Made by a program: the position numbers and the translations under genes. A stretch of DNA of 63,865 nt, counting the filler. It is 6 parts of 6 records of this genome, joined end to end, with 100 filler letters (N's around TTAATTAATTAA, not from the genome) between each part and the next. Parts side by side here need not be neighbours in the genome. Positions count along the whole stretch, not along the records: positions 15,214 to 27,427 come from SRR31156797_43850; positions 27,528 to 35,306 come from SRR31156797_43854; 4 more parts are not named here. One strand, 5' to 3'. Numbering within the stretch: position 1 is the stretch's first letter; the number at the start of each line of letters is the position of its first letter. The notes under the pieces are model-generated. The model saw only the letters and a list, made by a program, of their open reading frames with translations. It searched no databases and was not told where the DNA came from. Below, one piece after another: positions 18,546-28,819 of the stretch.

Positions 18546-19145
18546 ATGGCTTTCACATATTTCTTTAGAGACTTACAAACACTTGAAATGATCAGGGACT
18601 ATGTTGTTCCGGAACTTAGAAGTCGCCGTTATATCCATATATGGGATGCGGGGTGTGCCATGGGTCCGGAACCATATTCACTGGCTATGGTTCTAAGAGA
18701 GAATATGGGTATGATCTTCAGGAATGTGAGGATACACGCAACAGACATAGACAACAGTAACCTTTTTGAAGATATCATAAAGGAAGGTATATACCCAAGG
18801 GAAATGGTTCAGAGGATACCCAAACCCATATTTGATAAGTATTTCTCACCAGCAGATGAACCTGATCACCACATTATTTCAGATGAAATCAGAAAGAGTG
18901 TTGAGTTCACAAAGCATAACCTTCTGGATATGAAACCGATCAGGAATGGCCTGAATCTGGTTCTCTGTAAAAATGTACTCCTGCACTTCAAGCAAGAAGA
19001 GAGAATAGAAGTTCTTCAGATGTTCCATGACTCTCTTGACGGTGGATATTTTGCCACAGAGCAGACCCAGAAGATACCTGATGAAATGCAGGATTTTTTT
19101 GAACCGGTTGTAGCTAATGCACAACTCTATCGTAAGATTAACTGA
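18546..19145 (+). CDS. cheR: CheR-type methyltransferase (SAM domain only)
   Basis: TYFFRD, IWDAGCAMGPEPYS, ATDID, HNLL, CKNVLLHF. Confidence 0.9.
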   Translation: MAFTYFFRDLQTLEMIRDYVVPELRSRRYIHIWDAGCAMGPEPYSLAMVLRENMGMIFRNVRIHATDIDNSNLFEDIIKEGIYPREMVQRIPKPIFDKYFSPADEPDHHIISDEIRKSVEFTKHNLLDMKPIRNGLNLVLCKNVLLHFKQEERIEVLQMFHDSLDGGYFATEQTQKIPDEMQDFFEPVVANAQLYRKIN

Positions 19146-19156
19146 CGATATATACT

Positions 19157-19489
19157 ATGAATATAACAGGTTTTCAGATGCCGGACGAACTATCATTCAA
19201 CCTCCTTCCTCCTGTACAGAGTTCACATTACAGGTGGATGAACATCGATCGGCATGGCATAAGGGTTGGAAAGGTCAGGAGTAAGATTGAGAATAGTATC
19301 CTGTACATTTATTCGATAACGATCTTTCCTGAATTTGAGGGAAAGAACTATGGAAGAAAGACTATCGATGTATTTAAGGAACAATTTTCAATCATTGTTG
19401 CTGACAGGGTACGCCCAACTGCCATAGGATTCTGGGAGAAGATGGGGTTTTCGAACAATGGTGACGGATCCTTTGTATTCAGTAAATGA
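19157..19489 (+). CDS. GNAT-family acetyltransferase
   Basis: IFPEFEGKNYG and AIGFWEKMGF motifs. Confidence 0.75.
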   Translation: MNITGFQMPDELSFNLLPPVQSSHYRWMNIDRHGIRVGKVRSKIENSILYIYSITIFPEFEGKNYGRKTIDVFKEQFSIIVADRVRPTAIGFWEKMGFSNNGDGSFVFSK

Positions 19490-19539
19490 ATGTGTTCCTG
19501 AGTAGAAGATTTTTAACTCAGGAATAAGTATCTCTCTTT

Positions 19540-20793
19540 ATGGAAATTGAAGCCAAGTTCATTGTATCGGAACGTGACCTTTTTGATAGTCTTATGAACA
19601 TTGACCAGATAGACGGATATGATGTTCGGGAAGCAGTTGTTAAAGAGTTCAGGGATACTTATATTGATACGGTGGATATGGCCATATACGGTTCAGGTTT
19701 TTCATTCCGTTGCAGGGAGAAGCAGGATAAAGTAGTCTATACTCTTAAGTCCCTGAAAAGCTCCGGTTCCTTAATACACATGAGGGAAGAGGTTGAGTTC
19801 AGCATGCCAGAGAAGCTTCCTGTTAGTGAGTGGGATAATTGCATACTGAGAAAGAGAGTGCTGGGGATGATCGGAAGGGGTGAATTGTATCCCCTCTTTA
19901 CAGTGGAACATAAAAGAACAGACCTTAAGGTCATGGGCCCCACCAAGCAAATTGCAGAATTGAGTTTCGATGATGTGATCATCGTCTGTGATGAGAATGA
20001 TAAGAGCTACCTTGAGCTTGAAGTTGAGCTGACGGATGAAGGCAAAGAAGAGGAACTTCAAAAAATAGCTGAATTCTTCAGGGATGAGATAGGTCTTACA
20101 GTGGGAAATAGTTCCAAATTCGACAATGGCTTTGGGCTCTATATGGAGAATCTCCACAGTGATGCCGGAAACTATGATTGTGATGAGATCCCGGAACCAG
20201 AGAATATGACATTCCTTCCCCTCAGGGATTTGTTCCAGGAGTATAATATAGAACAGGATCACGCCCGAAAAGTAACAGAAAACGCCTTGATACTTTTCGA
20301 TGCCTTAAAGCCGATACATGGACTGGATAATGAACTTCGCCAGACAATGAGATTCGCAGCCCTGGTTCATGATATCGGAGTCATGACAGATGCAAAGACA
20401 CACCATAAAGTTGGCAGAAATATTCTTTTAAAATCCTGCCCCGAGGAACTGCCCCATCCTATGTGCATGTTCCTCCCCTGGACCACATTTCTTCATAAGA
20501 AAAGGATCGATAAAAACAAGCTATTGAAGCTGGCCCAGAAAAAAAAGTTCTCCGCCCTGCCATTGAAGATGCATGATGATATTCTTAAAATGGCATCCAT
20601 TCTCCGAATAGCAGACGGAATGGATATTAGCAGGATGAGCAGCAGAATCGTTGATGTCAACCTCGATAAAGAGGACATTGTAGTCAGATTACAGGGAAGA
20701 GCTGCCGGAGTGGACGCCGACAGGGCAGATACCAAAGCTGATCTCTGGAGACTGCTTTTTGAAAAGGATATCTATTTCAGGGAAGATTACTGA
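19540..20793 (+). CDS. CYTH (triphosphate tunnel) + Ppx/GppA-type HD domain protein
   Basis: MEIEAKF, DTYIDT, ELEVEL, SSKF; HARKV...AALVHDIG...HHKVG...LRIADGMD. Confidence 0.85.
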   Translation: MEIEAKFIVSERDLFDSLMNIDQIDGYDVREAVVKEFRDTYIDTVDMAIYGSGFSFRCREKQDKVVYTLKSLKSSGSLIHMREEVEFSMPEKLPVSEWDNCILRKRVLGMIGRGELYPLFTVEHKRTDLKVMGPTKQIAELSFDDVIIVCDENDKSYLELEVELTDEGKEEELQKIAEFFRDEIGLTVGNSSKFDNGFGLYMENLHSDAGNYDCDEIPEPENMTFLPLRDLFQEYNIEQDHARKVTENALILFDALKPIHGLDNELRQTMRFAALVHDIGVMTDAKTHHKVGRNILLKSCPEELPHPMCMFLPWTTFLHKKRIDKNKLLKLAQKKKFSALPLKMHDDILKMASILRIADGMDISRMSSRIVDVNLDKEDIVVRLQGRAAGVDADRADTKADLWRLLFEKDIYFREDY

Positions 20794-22289
20794 AGCCCGC
20801 GTTGCTCCAGTTCTTCTTCTATTCGTTCAGTGACTGTATTCAGAATCTTTACCCTTGCATAATACTTGTCATTTGCTTCTACGATGGACCAGGGTGCACG
20901 GGATGTACTTGTCTTCTGTAGCATCTCGTTTGCAGCATCAAGATAAAGGTCCCATTTTTCCCTGTTGCGCCAGTCGTCGGGCGTGATCTTCCATTGCTTA
21001 TGGGAAGTATCCTCACGCTGCTTGAACCTTTTAAGCTGCTCTTCTTTATCAATGTGAATCCAGAATTTGATAATTATGGCACCATAGTTAGTAAGAGTCT
21101 CTTCGAATTCATTGATTTCCCTGTAGGCGCGTTTCCATTCACTTGTATTGCACAGATCCTCAACCCTTTCCACAAGCACCCTTCCATACCAGCTTCTGTC
21201 AAATATGCCGATATGCCCTGCTTCAGGTATGTCATTGTAGAATCTCCACAGGTAGTGATGTGCCAGGTCGTACTCGGAAGGGACTCCAACAGGAGTCACG
21301 CGGTATAAGCGGGGATTCAGTTTCTGTACAAGCCGCCTGATACCACCACCCTTGCCAGAGGCATCCCAGCCTTCAAACACTAAGACAAGCGGTATCTGGT
21401 TCCTGAACAGTTCATATTGCAGCTTCGCCATCTTTTTCTGGCCTGCTTTTTTCTGCTTTTTGTATTCTTTGTACGCGAGGGTCCTGTTCATGTCAACCTT
21501 TTCAAGTATCGATGAATTAATGTGAGGTATAATGCAGTTCTCAACATGTGTATTCTGAACTGCTTTGACAGTGCTTTCAAGCTCGATGATCCTGCTTTCT
21601 ATAGATTCGATGGTCTTTGCCAGTACTTTAACCGTAGCGAAATTCCTGTCCTCTGCTTCGACAATAGTCCAGGGTGCATGGACCCTGTCTGTCCTTTCAA
21701 GGATTCCTTCTATCATGGGCAGGTGCCTGTCATACTCATTGAGATATTCCTGCTCTTCTTCCTCTACGATAAAAAGTGGGATCCCATCTTTTTTCAGGTC
21801 ACTGTATCTTTTGGCCTGTTCTTTTTTGCTGACATGAAGGAAGAATTTTATCAGCAGATATCCTTCGTCAGTAAGCTGTCTTTCAAAGTACGTAATGCCA
21901 TCAAGACATTTTGGCATATGTTTATCCGCTTTTCCTTTCCCATCATGTTCTATTATCGCCCTTCTATACCAGCTTCTGTCAAAAATGGCAATACTTCCTT
22001 TCTTTGGTATATTTGTCCAGAAACGCCACAGGAGTGGTTTCTGTTCTTCCTTGTAGCAGGGTTTGCCGGTGGTATGAAGGTCAAATCCCATAGGGTTGAG
22101 ACTTAGAAGGAACCTGTTAATGATATCTGCCATACCGGATGCGTGCCAGCCTTCAAAAACTATGATGATGGGTATTTCCATTTTCCATGCTTTTCTCTGC
22201 AGCTCTCCCATGTGTATTTTCAGGTCTTCAATTACATTATCATACTCTTTTTTACTGAGCTTTTTTGAGAGATCCACGTTTTCAAGCAT
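20787..22289 (-). CDS. pap: Two-domain PPK2, polyphosphate:AMP phosphotransferase
   Basis: Two PPK2 domains (FEGWHASG / FEGWDASGKGG, FDRSWY twice). Confidence 0.93.
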   Translation of the reverse strand: MLENVDLSKKLSKKEYDNVIEDLKIHMGELQRKAWKMEIPIIIVFEGWHASGMADIINRFLLSLNPMGFDLHTTGKPCYKEEQKPLLWRFWTNIPKKGSIAIFDRSWYRRAIIEHDGKGKADKHMPKCLDGITYFERQLTDEGYLLIKFFLHVSKKEQAKRYSDLKKDGIPLFIVEEEEQEYLNEYDRHLPMIEGILERTDRVHAPWTIVEAEDRNFATVKVLAKTIESIESRIIELESTVKAVQNTHVENCIIPHINSSILEKVDMNRTLAYKEYKKQKKAGQKKMAKLQYELFRNQIPLVLVFEGWDASGKGGGIRRLVQKLNPRLYRVTPVGVPSEYDLAHHYLWRFYNDIPEAGHIGIFDRSWYGRVLVERVEDLCNTSEWKRAYREINEFEETLTNYGAIIIKFWIHIDKEEQLKRFKQREDTSHKQWKITPDDWRNREKWDLYLDAANEMLQKTSTSRAPWSIVEANDKYYARVKILNTVTERIEEELEQRGLQ

Positions 22290-22346
22290 TTTTCATCACT
22301 AAAAATATCGGCGTACTAAATATATATAATTATGTGTATTAAAAAA

Positions 22347-23699
22347 TTAAGCAAGGTATGAGCGCATGTAATAACCCCAGATCAACAGAGTAATTGCTCC
22401 TCCTATCACAATCGCAAGGAACGAATATAAGGATGTCCTGAAAAGGTCCGGTGAGCCGGTGATTCTTATGTAAAAGATCTTGCTAAGGGTGCTGATAAGC
22501 CCGGCAAGTATCGCTATCTCTGCTGCAACAGGTGTTGACAGGTTACCCGAGAATGCCAGCGCAGCTACTGATGCTGTAACAGCCGAACTACTGACTATAC
22601 CTCCAAGAGCTGTCACATAGGCTCCCCCTGTTCCACCATATTCGTTAGCAAAACTGGCAACTATCAGAAGTATTGTGAATACAGCCCCGAACCGAAATGC
22701 TGGTCCAAGTGCAAATGGCGAACCGATTTCTATGCTCTCTTCCATGATAAATGTCTTCTTCCATTTCAGTGCAACAACCACAAGGGCAATTATTCCCATT
22801 ACAATAAATGGAGGTGCCATCATAAGGGCAGTTCCCGCACCGGGATCTGCTATTAGTGCAATCAGTGTATTGCTTATGATCATGGAGACCACCGAAAGCG
22901 TGGCACCTATGTGGATGGAACCTGTGAGTATAGTCCTTCTTTTCGATAATGTGGAGAGTGCTGCCACTGTTGCTTCGCTGCTTATGAATCCTCCAAACAG
23001 TCCTGAGTATGGGATACCAGCCTGGGGACCCATTCTTTTCAGGGCCAGGTAGCTTACAAAGCTGATGAATGAGACCAGTACCACGATGAGTATTGCAGAT
23101 TTGAGCCTCAATATCCCGTAAATAGGTTCTTCCGGCATGATTGGGTAGAGCACAAAAGCAACTGCTAAAAATTTCAAAGCACTGCTAATGTCACCTTCGG
23201 ATAGATGTTCTGCAAATAAGTGAAGTGGTTTTTTCTCTATCAAAAGGAATGTCAATATAAGTGCGGCAACTATGGCTATAAGGTATAGTTCATAGGCAAC
23301 AACGATTCCGAGAAGATATGTACAGAAGAGTGCAATGGCTGTAGTGAGCCCTGACTTTCCTTTTTGGACATTGACCGAATATATAAGAGCTGTCGAAGCA
23401 AATACTGCAAGAAAGCTTGTCAGGACAAGTATCCACATGCCTGTATAGTATGTGAGTATGGTAGCAATGGTCCCTGTCATACAGGTTATTGCAAAAGTTC
23501 TCACACCAGCGAATATCTTTTTATCTGCACGCCAGTGTTCCCTCTCAAGACCTACAAGTATACCTATCATCAACGAGAGTAATATCTTTTCCAGAAATTC
23601 GAAGTGTAAAGGTTCAATGCCCCATTGTATTTCAGGTATAATGACAAACTCTCCTTGAGCAAGTGATCTGAATATTGTCTTTGTAATAAGAAGTTTCAA
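22347..23699 (-). CDS. MgtC/SapB + DUF4010 membrane protein (start uncertain)
   Basis: GILVGLERE, AGVRTF, GLTTA, GGFISS, many TMs. Confidence 0.85.
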   Translation of the reverse strand: MKLLITKTIFRSLAQGEFVIIPEIQWGIEPLHFEFLEKILLSLMIGILVGLEREHWRADKKIFAGVRTFAITCMTGTIATILTYYTGMWILVLTSFLAVFASTALIYSVNVQKGKSGLTTAIALFCTYLLGIVVAYELYLIAIVAALILTFLLIEKKPLHLFAEHLSEGDISSALKFLAVAFVLYPIMPEEPIYGILRLKSAILIVVLVSFISFVSYLALKRMGPQAGIPYSGLFGGFISSEATVAALSTLSKRRTILTGSIHIGATLSVVSMIISNTLIALIADPGAGTALMMAPPFIVMGIIALVVVALKWKKTFIMEESIEIGSPFALGPAFRFGAVFTILLIVASFANEYGGTGGAYVTALGGIVSSSAVTASVAALAFSGNLSTPVAAEIAILAGLISTLSKIFYIRITGSPDLFRTSLYSFLAIVIGGAITLLIWGYYMRSYLA

Positions 23700-23773
23700 T
23701 GAACAGTCACAGTAGTTATATAAATTATATACACTATATAATTTTTATAGGTAACTGACAACAGGAGTATACC

Positions 23774-24118
23774 ATGCCATTGGTAATTAAGAAAAAATGC
23801 GTGTCATGTAAGAAATGTGTCAAGAAGTGCCCTGTAGATGCCATTGATATGGTAAAAGGGAAAGCCCTTATCATTGAGGAAAAATGCATCAACTGTGGAA
23901 AGTGCATAAAAATATGTCCGGTAAAAGCTATACTTAAAGACAAAGATATTGTAAAGTACCGGATCAAGTCCGAACTTGACGAAGTGAAGGATTCACTTTC
24001 AAAATCTAAGAACCAGAAAGCAAAAAAGATACTGGTGAAAAGCCAGCTCAGGCAAATAAAGATAGAGCAGAAGATACTGCAGGGAAAGATGAAGGCACTA
24101 AAGCACCTTAAACTCTGA
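23774..24118 (+). CDS. 2[4Fe-4S] ferredoxin with Lys-rich C-terminal tail
   Basis: CVSCKKCVKKCP and CINCGKCIKICP; AGGAG RBS. Confidence 0.88.
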   Translation: MPLVIKKKCVSCKKCVKKCPVDAIDMVKGKALIIEEKCINCGKCIKICPVKAILKDKDIVKYRIKSELDEVKDSLSKSKNQKAKKILVKSQLRQIKIEQKILQGKMKALKHLKL

Positions 24119-24159
24119 ACATAAACCTTACAGTTGATCAATATAAAAGGAGAGATAAA

Positions 24160-26079
24160 TTGTCATCGAATACATTTGTCAGGAAATATTCCTTAGTCGC
24201 TTCACTGGGTTTTCTTACTGGCCTGGTATTCTGTATGACAGGTCTGCTTTTTGCCATGGTAAGCAGGCTTAACCGGGGTTCCGGTTCGGAAGTAATACTG
24301 ACGGTGTGCTTCCTCTTAGGTGCCGGAATATTGCTGATACTTGCAGGCATTAGTATTGCAGGACTGCGGCAGCCCCTCTCACGTAGTTATTCTTTCCTGG
24401 CAGGTCTGTTATTCCCTACAGCGGGACTTTTTGTGTTTGTATCCTCTTTCCCGGATAGCTGGCTATATCCACGGGTATCTTATGTAATAGTGTTCTATTC
24501 CCTCGGGATATTCCTTCTGCTTATCAACATCTTTGTTAATTATTTCCTGCAGGCATTTACCCAGGGAGAACAGGGAACAGCAACAAATGAACAAAGTACT
24601 AAAGATGAAGACTCCGGCGGGTACAATGATCGCTCAATGCTTGCAACGTTTGCAGGTATAATGGTAACCAATATAACATCCGGTTCCTACGAGCCCACCT
24701 TCCTTACGGATACAAGTGAAACAGATACTACTTACAGTTTAAATGATAACACTCCTGAAAACGAAGATTATGAGGCGCAAATAATGGAGACGGTTGAGGA
24801 AAACACGACAATAGTTGCTTTGCAGAATGAAGTTGCAGAAACAAACACAGAGAAAGATGCATATTCTGAAGATAACAGTTTTACTGAACCTGTAAGTCCT
24901 GAGCCTGAACAAATCCCTGAGGCAGCAGAGCCTGAAGAATCAGATAAGATTGAAGTATTGGCCAAGACATCAGATGAAACATCAAGTGAAATTCCTGTTC
25001 CTGATGCTGCAGTGGTCCCTTATTCAGATGTGAAAGAAGATTCTCCTGCAAATGCTCCGCTTGTGCCATTCTCTGAATTCAGGTCTATGAAAAAAACCGG
25101 TATCAAATCAACAGATACCATGCGTGAGGCTGCACGAAAAATATTGATGTTCCATTTCGGAGTGATGATTGAGCACGAAAGGGGTACCAAGGTAGGAAGG
25201 GATATCGAGGAACTGCATGATATGAGAGTAGCCGCAATGCGTATGCGATCTATTATTGAAGTTCTCGAGGACTATCTTGATATGAAAAAGATATATCCCC
25301 ATTACAGGAACATCAAAAGAACAAGAAAAGTCCTTGGTTCAGTGCGTGATCTGGATGTTTTCCTTGAGGTGATCGATCACTATCTTAAGGACAAGCCACC
25401 TGAAACCGGCCCGGGAATGGACCCGCTTACTGACTCGATCCTGATTGAGAGGGCAAAACAGCGTGGCAACATGCTTGTGTACCTGGATGACATAGAATAT
25501 AACAAGTTCAAAAATAATTTTGCTGATTACCTGCTAAAAAAGAAATTCTGGAAAACAAAGGCGGTGAAAAAGAATGACGAACCTGTCCCATGCAGGGTTG
25601 TGGATGTACTTCCTGTCCTCATATATACTCAGTTCGCAACTGTCCGGTCATATTCAGCGATCATTGAACATGAGACAATAGATCCATATCTTGAAAAATA
25701 TCATCAGCTTCGCATTGATGTGAAGATACTGCGTTATACACTTGAGTTCTTCAAAGAGGTACTTGGTACTGAGTCAAAGGGATTGATAAAGGACCTTAAG
25801 GCCCTGCAGGATAATCTTGGAGATATGCACGATACGGTAGTAGCCCTGGAACTTCTTGAGAACTTTGAGAAGTATGGCAGGTGGGGTGCAGCAGATAAGA
25901 AACAGATCGCTGCTTCAAACGGACTTCGCGACTATCCGGGTGTTGATGCATACATTGAGTACAGGAAACAGGAACTCCAGAATCTTGTAGACGGCTTCCC
26001 TGAAGCCTGGGCAAGGGTTATTGAACCTGATTTCAGTGTAAGGCTTTCGCAGGCTATAGCAGGCATGTATAATTCCTGA
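24160..26079 (+). CDS. Membrane-anchored CHAD-domain protein
   Basis: Four N-terminal TMs, acidic linker, LHDMRVAAMRMRS, LGSVRDLDV, HQLRIDVKILRY, LQDNLGDMHD. Confidence 0.88.
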   Translation: MSSNTFVRKYSLVASLGFLTGLVFCMTGLLFAMVSRLNRGSGSEVILTVCFLLGAGILLILAGISIAGLRQPLSRSYSFLAGLLFPTAGLFVFVSSFPDSWLYPRVSYVIVFYSLGIFLLLINIFVNYFLQAFTQGEQGTATNEQSTKDEDSGGYNDRSMLATFAGIMVTNITSGSYEPTFLTDTSETDTTYSLNDNTPENEDYEAQIMETVEENTTIVALQNEVAETNTEKDAYSEDNSFTEPVSPEPEQIPEAAEPEESDKIEVLAKTSDETSSEIPVPDAAVVPYSDVKEDSPANAPLVPFSEFRSMKKTGIKSTDTMREAARKILMFHFGVMIEHERGTKVGRDIEELHDMRVAAMRMRSIIEVLEDYLDMKKIYPHYRNIKRTRKVLGSVRDLDVFLEVIDHYLKDKPPETGPGMDPLTDSILIERAKQRGNMLVYLDDIEYNKFKNNFADYLLKKKFWKTKAVKKNDEPVPCRVVDVLPVLIYTQFATVRSYSAIIEHETIDPYLEKYHQLRIDVKILRYTLEFFKEVLGTESKGLIKDLKALQDNLGDMHDTVVALELLENFEKYGRWGAADKKQIAASNGLRDYPGVDAYIEYRKQELQNLVDGFPEAWARVIEPDFSVRLSQAIAGMYNS

Positions 26080-26229
26080 AACCCAAAAAACCCGGTATTT
26101 GTATTGACTATATCGACTATATTGTACTATATATAACTACATATGAATCTGTATGAAGTGTTAAATAATAGAATAGCTGTTGTTCTTTCAAAAAACAGTG
26201 GCTTTCTAACGTTTTTGAAGTTGAGAAAT

Positions 26230-27427
26230 ATGAGTTTTACATCAAGTGAAGTAGACGAGTATGTTAACAGGGAAATAAGCTGGCTTTCTTTCAATGCAAG
26301 AGTGCTTCAGGAAGCAAAAGATCCGCAGGTACCATTAGTTGAACGCCTGAAGTTCCTTGGCATCTTTTCTTCCAATCTTGATGAGTTCTTCAGTGTAAGA
26401 GTAGGTACGCTGCAACGTATGATCGATGCCGGGGTGAAATCCAAGGCAATGGTGGGTGTTTCGCCGAAAAAGGTCATGAAAGAGGTACATAGCACCGTGC
26501 TATCGTTGCGTGATGAGTTTGACAGCACGTTCAGGGAAGTAACACAGGAGCTTGAAAAACATAATATATTCATCGTTGATGAAACACAGCTAGACGAGCA
26601 GCAGAAGTCCTTCCTCAAGGTCTATTTCCAGGAAAAAGTGCGTCCACGCCTTATTCCGGTCATGCTCAAGGATGTCCCTGATTTTCCATACCTCAAGAAC
26701 CAGGTAATCTATCTCTTGATTGATGTACGAAAGAAGTGGAACCCTCAGGCATCAAAATTTGCTCTTATAGAAGTTCCTGCCGATGTGCTTCCACGTTTTA
26801 TTATGCTACCGGAATCAGATGACAGGAAGTGTGTAATCATGATGGATGATGTGATCCGTTTTGGCCTTGATGATATATTCTCGACATTTGATTATGATTC
26901 CATCGGCGCGTATACGATAAAACTGACAAGGGATGCTGAACTTGATATCGATGATGATGTGACCAAGAGTTTCTTCGAGAAAGTATCCGAAAGTCTTGAG
27001 GAAAGGAAGAAGGGCCAACCCGTGCGTTTTGTATACGATAGGGATATGCCTTATTACCTTCTTGACTTTGCTTTGAATAGACTGGATATACAGAAATTTG
27101 AGAACCTTGTACCGGGTGGGAAATATCATAATGCAAAGGATTTCATGGGCTTCCCGCATGTAGGTCCAGATTCTTTCTACTATAAAAAGAAGCATCCTTT
27201 GCCACATAAGGACCTTTTAAGCCGCAAAAGTATCTTTAATGCTATAAGGGAACGCGACATCCTGCTTCATTACCCGTATCAGTCCTTCGATTCTTTCATA
27301 GACCTTCTGAGGGAAGCTGCAATTGACCCGGATGTATCAAGCATAAAGGTCACTCTTTACAGGGTTGCCAGGAACTCAAATGTCATCAACGCACTTATCA
27401 ATGCAATAAAGAACGGAAAGGATGTCA
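26230..27427 (+). CDS. ppk1: Polyphosphate kinase 1 (3' truncated at contig edge)
   Basis: NREISWLSFNARVL, SNLDEFF, LLHYPYQSF, TLYRVA. Confidence 0.96.
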
Positions 27428-27527
27428 NNNNNNNNNNNNNNNNNNNNNNNNNNNNNNNNNNNNNNNNNNNNTTAATTAATTAANNNNNNNNNNNNNNNNN
27501 NNNNNNNNNNNNNNNNNNNNNNNNNNN
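27428..27527. other. Contig-join spacer
   Basis: N44-TTAATTAATTAA-N44. Confidence 0.98.
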
Positions 27528-28048
27528 AGATCCTTCTTGGCGTTGGAGGTGATGATGATAACCGGCCTGTTTTTAGCGGTAACGGTTTTATCAATCTCGA
27601 TGATATCAAATTCCATCTGGTCCAGGACATCCAGCATGTCATCCTGAAAGTCCGTATCCGCCTTGTCGATTTCATCGATGAGCAGTACCACTTTCTCATC
27701 CGTTTTAAAAGACTGGCCGATTTTACCCATTTTGATGTATTCTTCAATGTCGCTCACGTCCCGCTTGGAATCCCCGAAACGGCTGTCGTTCAACCGGGTA
27801 AGCGTGTCGTACTGATACAAGGCCTCGATCAGTTTCATACTGGATTTAACATTTAAAACAATAAGCTTCATTTTCAGGGCTTCACTGATGGCGTGTGCCA
27901 GCATGGTCTTACCGGTGCCGGGCTCACCCTTGAGCAAAAGCGGCATCTCAAGCGCCATTGAGATATTGACGATCTGGGCTAATTCTTCATCGAGGACATA
28001 TCGGGTGGCACCGGCAAATTTCCGCCGGGCGCTGTTTTCTGGCTGCAT
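27528..28048 (-). CDS. MoxR-family AAA+ ATPase (3' truncated)
   Basis: GEPGTGKT, LLIDEIDKAD, IITSN; AGGAG RBS before 28048. Confidence 0.9.
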
Positions 28049-28231
28049 GTTTTTGCTCCTTGATAAAAACGGGATTTTTTCATAGATTTTGTCAAACATT
28101 GATGGCCTTCTATGGTAAGGTTGGACCCTGACGGGGCAACCTCAAAATTACAATTTTAGAAATTAAGCATTTTTGGGTATCGGTCAACATCATTTCTTCA
28201 AAAAGAACGGATCACAAGAAAGGATCCAACC

Positions 28232-28819
28232 ATGCCGTTAGCCTTTGAATCCATGAGCCACGGCACCATCGCCTTTGGCTTTTTCAATATTGATTCCGAT
28301 ATGTTGCTTCTGGATCGGTACTTCTTTTTTTCCACGGCCTTTTGCGGATATATGGATGACATTGCAGCATGTAAGCCCAATGAATCCAAACAGTTCCCCT
28401 GGCAGGTGTATCACATACCGGACCCTTTGAAGATCGGTGATCTCATGGGAGCCATTCACGGGGTTCACTTTTCCGGGTTCATGGGAGAAGTGTACAAAAA
28501 ATATCCCTTCCCCCAAAAAGAAGCGGATTTCAAACAGAAGCCCGAAGGGACCCGAACACAGGATATTGTTGAGGAGATCATCCGGAAATACGGGGAACGC
28601 GCCGAAGCACTCTTCACCATGGATGAAGTACAAAATGAGGCGGCCATCGGTCCGTACCGGTTCAGCAGAAGTTCATTTCAGGCATTGATCCGTTATGTAT
28701 GGCAGGGGGGATATCCCAGGTGGAAAGATGAGCAACCCCCCGGTTATGTCCTGGCCATGAAAGAGAGGATCCATGAAAGTAAGTGCTCCCTGTTCCAGGG
28801 ACTGGACCTCTCATTTTGA
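28232..28819 (+). CDS. Hypothetical protein
   Basis: 195-aa ORF with AAGGA RBS; no recognised family. Confidence 0.7.
   Translation: MPLAFESMSHGTIAFGFFNIDSDMLLLDRYFFFSTAFCGYMDDIAACKPNESKQFPWQVYHIPDPLKIGDLMGAIHGVHFSGFMGEVYKKYPFPQKEADFKQKPEGTRTQDIVEEIIRKYGERAEALFTMDEVQNEAAIGPYRFSRSSFQALIRYVWQGGYPRWKDEQPPGYVLAMKERIHESKCSLFQGLDLSF

Noticed and set aside
15114-27527. Archaeal block as a horizontally acquired island in a bacterium
   Set aside because: Bounded by artificial spacers, so adjacency carries no information.
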